Of a stretch of 64,000 nt of DNA, positions 63,546 to 64,000 are shown in pieces. Within the stretch, counting starts at the first letter, position 1, and the number at the start of each line of letters is the position of its first letter. Source of the DNA: Mobula hypostoma (lineage: Eukaryota); contig NC_086100.1 in assembly GCF_963921235.1 (NCBI RefSeq), forward strand, positions 201,564,001-201,628,000. The letters are read 5' to 3'. The notes under the pieces were generated by a model, which worked only from the letters and a program-made list of their open reading frames with translations, ran no database searches and had not been told where the DNA came from. The translations under genes were made by a program, and so were the position numbers.

Positions 63546-64000
63546 CACCGAGTGAAGCTAGGGAGGGGTCACGGAGACTAGAGTTGGAGACGGATAAAGG
63601 GTCATGGAGACTGGAGCTGGGGAGGGGAGAGGAGAGAGGTTCATGGTCAGGTTGTAAGGGTCATAGGAGACAGACTGATGCTGGGGAGGGGAGAGAGGGT
63701 TACAAAAATAAGTTGTAAGGGTAATTGGGGATAGAGACAGAGTTATCCCAACCGGGCGAGGGTTGGGGGTGCTGGGTAAGAGGGGAGTTGCCTCGACAGA
63801 AGAGGGCAGATGGGAAAGGTGCCAAAGGGAGGTAGGGAGAGACTAGGGAAGAGGGAAAACAGGTAATGATTCAGGGATCAAAACAGATAAGAAGAAAGGG
63901 GTAGAAGGATTGAGAAAAACTGACAGACATAGAGAAAAATAATGTAACAAGGAGAAGGGGAAGAGTGAGGGAAGGAGGCAGATATTGAGGGTGGGGAACA

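Overview
Vertebrate genomic DNA, most likely from a cartilaginous fish such as a ray (inferred from the repeat landscape, not proven). Most of the window is nested, mostly decayed retrotransposons: many CR1 LINEs, Penelope-like elements carrying minimal hammerhead ribozymes, Rex1/Babar-type, RTE and HERO-type LINE pieces, three solo LTRs and a Tigger-like DNA transposon. On the + strand, hidden among these, is the 3' part of a host gene that the ORF track does not assemble. Four small symmetric phase-1 exons (2765-2830, 13073-13153, 22956-23000, 30554-30637) splice in frame to a transmembrane exon (37601-37754). Together they encode the S/T/P- and K/R-rich stalk, TM helix and start of the tail of a type I membrane protein. 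Candidate tail exons with tyrosine motifs lie at 50649 and 59836, with a poly(A) signal at 60185. The window ends with a CpG-rich promoter-like segment (E2F, CHR, CCAAT and E-box motifs) between two minisatellites. TE boundaries were read by eye and are approximate unless a target-site duplication (TSD) is quoted.
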